Shown here piece by piece: positions 62,820 through 64,000 of a stretch of DNA of 64,000 bases. Source of the stretch: Mobula hypostoma (taxonomy: Eukaryota); contig NC_086118.1 of NCBI RefSeq assembly GCF_963921235.1, forward strand, positions 29,452,001 to 29,516,000, in the 5' to 3' direction. Each line of letters starts with the position of its first letter. The first letter of the stretch is position 1. The position numbers and the translations under genes were made by a program. The notes under the pieces were generated by a model. The model searched no databases. It was given only the letters and a program-made list of their open reading frames with translations, and had not been told where the DNA came from.

Positions 62820-63830
62820 AGAGTTATAGGTTTGTACAGCACAGAAACGAATCTTTGAGCCAACCATGTCCATACTGACCTTATTGCCAATCTACACAAA
62901 TCCCATTTTCCCACATTAGGCCTGTATCCATCTGTGCCTTTCCTATTAAACTTCTTCTCTAAATGTCTCTGAAAGGTAAAGGATGCATCAGATTCTATCA
63001 CCACTTCTAACAGCAATTCCAGATATCAATAACTCTGTATAAAAAACTTTCTCCACAAATCCCTTTTAAAACTCCTTTTTCTCAGCTTAAACATGTCTCA
63101 TCTCTTTCTTGATGCCTTTGCCTGGAAAGAAGCTTCTATATGCCCTATTCCTGCTTCCCTATAATTTTTGATACTTCTGTTAGGTCAACATTCAACCTCC
63201 TTCTTTCCTGACAGAAGAGCCCAGCCTATCCAATTTCTCCCCAGACTAAATTCTTCCAATCTTTCAACATTCTGGTCAAACTCTCCACACAAACAGAAGC
63301 CGAAGCAGGAGTATCCAGTACTAGAAGTCATGCAGTGTTGGTCTAAAGAAATAGATGAGCTTCTACATGACTACTTTGAGATGGTAGATGGGCCAATGTT
63401 CAAAGACATAGCAGCCAACTTAGATGAGTATGTCACCACCATCAGTAAAGCCACCAGCACCATCAAAGACCCCGCCCACCCTAGACATCCTCTCTTCTTC
63501 TCCCACCCCACCCCACCCATCAGGCAGAAGCTACAAAAGGTTGAAAGCATGTACCACCAGGCTTAAAGACAGCTTCTATCCTGCTATTATAAGATGATGG
63601 AACAATCCTTAATATGGTTAAATGGACTCTCGACTTCCTTGTTATGGCTTTGCACTTTATTATCTAGCTGTCTACTGCACTTTCTCTGCAACTGTAACAC
63701 TTCGTTCTGCACTCAGTTTTTCTCTTGGACCACCTCAATGCACCGTGAAATGAAGTGACCTATATGGACAATGTGCAAGACAAGCTTTCACAGTAGATTG
63801 GTTTATGTGGCAATTATAATAATAAACCGA
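62820..63830. mobile_element. Old CR1 3' fragment (-, ~62820-63285) followed by Rex1 fragments (+)
   Basis: CR1 rc tail acagcacagaaac...gcctgtatcc; Rex1 IKDPAHPRHPLF and gcttaaagacagcttctatcc. Confidence 0.7.
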
Positions 63831-64000
63831 TTTACCAATTTACCTCACACTTGTCAAGAGTACATTCCACCTTTCTGTGCTCCACCCACCTTTCCACCTG
63901 ATCTATACCCTGCTACAGCAGTAGATAACTTACTTTGATATGTCAACACAACCAACATTGGTGGCATGTCCATAATTACCAATCATACCTCCAAGCTGTT

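Overview
Repeat-dense vertebrate genomic DNA. I recognise no host protein-coding exon, rRNA, bona fide tRNA or CRISPR array, so the window looks intergenic or intronic. The repeat mix (CR1 with ORF1 esterase, Rex1/Babar, Penelope-like elements, V-/Deu-/CORE-type SINEs, HERO, SCAN-gag Gypsy, Charlie-type hAT, Tc1) suggests a cartilaginous fish, probably a ray; this is inference. Almost every ORF in the track is a transposon fragment, an antisense shadow of one, or low-complexity sequence. Highlights: (1) Penelope-like elements (PLEs) and short fold-back derivatives recur across the window with a minimal type I hammerhead motif (stem I-CUGANGA-A-stem II-GAAACGUH-stem I). The motif is intact at 13628-13663 and 50016-50055, and one ORF-less 219-bp near-perfect palindrome has a 13-bp TSD. 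(2) A 25-nt inverted copy of downstream flanking DNA sits at the fold-back junction of one PLE. (3) A rearranged Tc1 element closely resembles Sleeping Beauty/salmonid Tss1 in both transposase and IR/DR, making it a horizontal-transfer candidate. (4) A multi-level nested insertion (PLE > hAT > solo LTR, RTE-derived element, Rex1) includes an LTR with tandem hairpins that hide consensus splice donors. (5) A candidate extended CTCF site lies in unique sequence. Family names come from recalled motifs, not database searches, and coordinates of degraded fragments are approximate.
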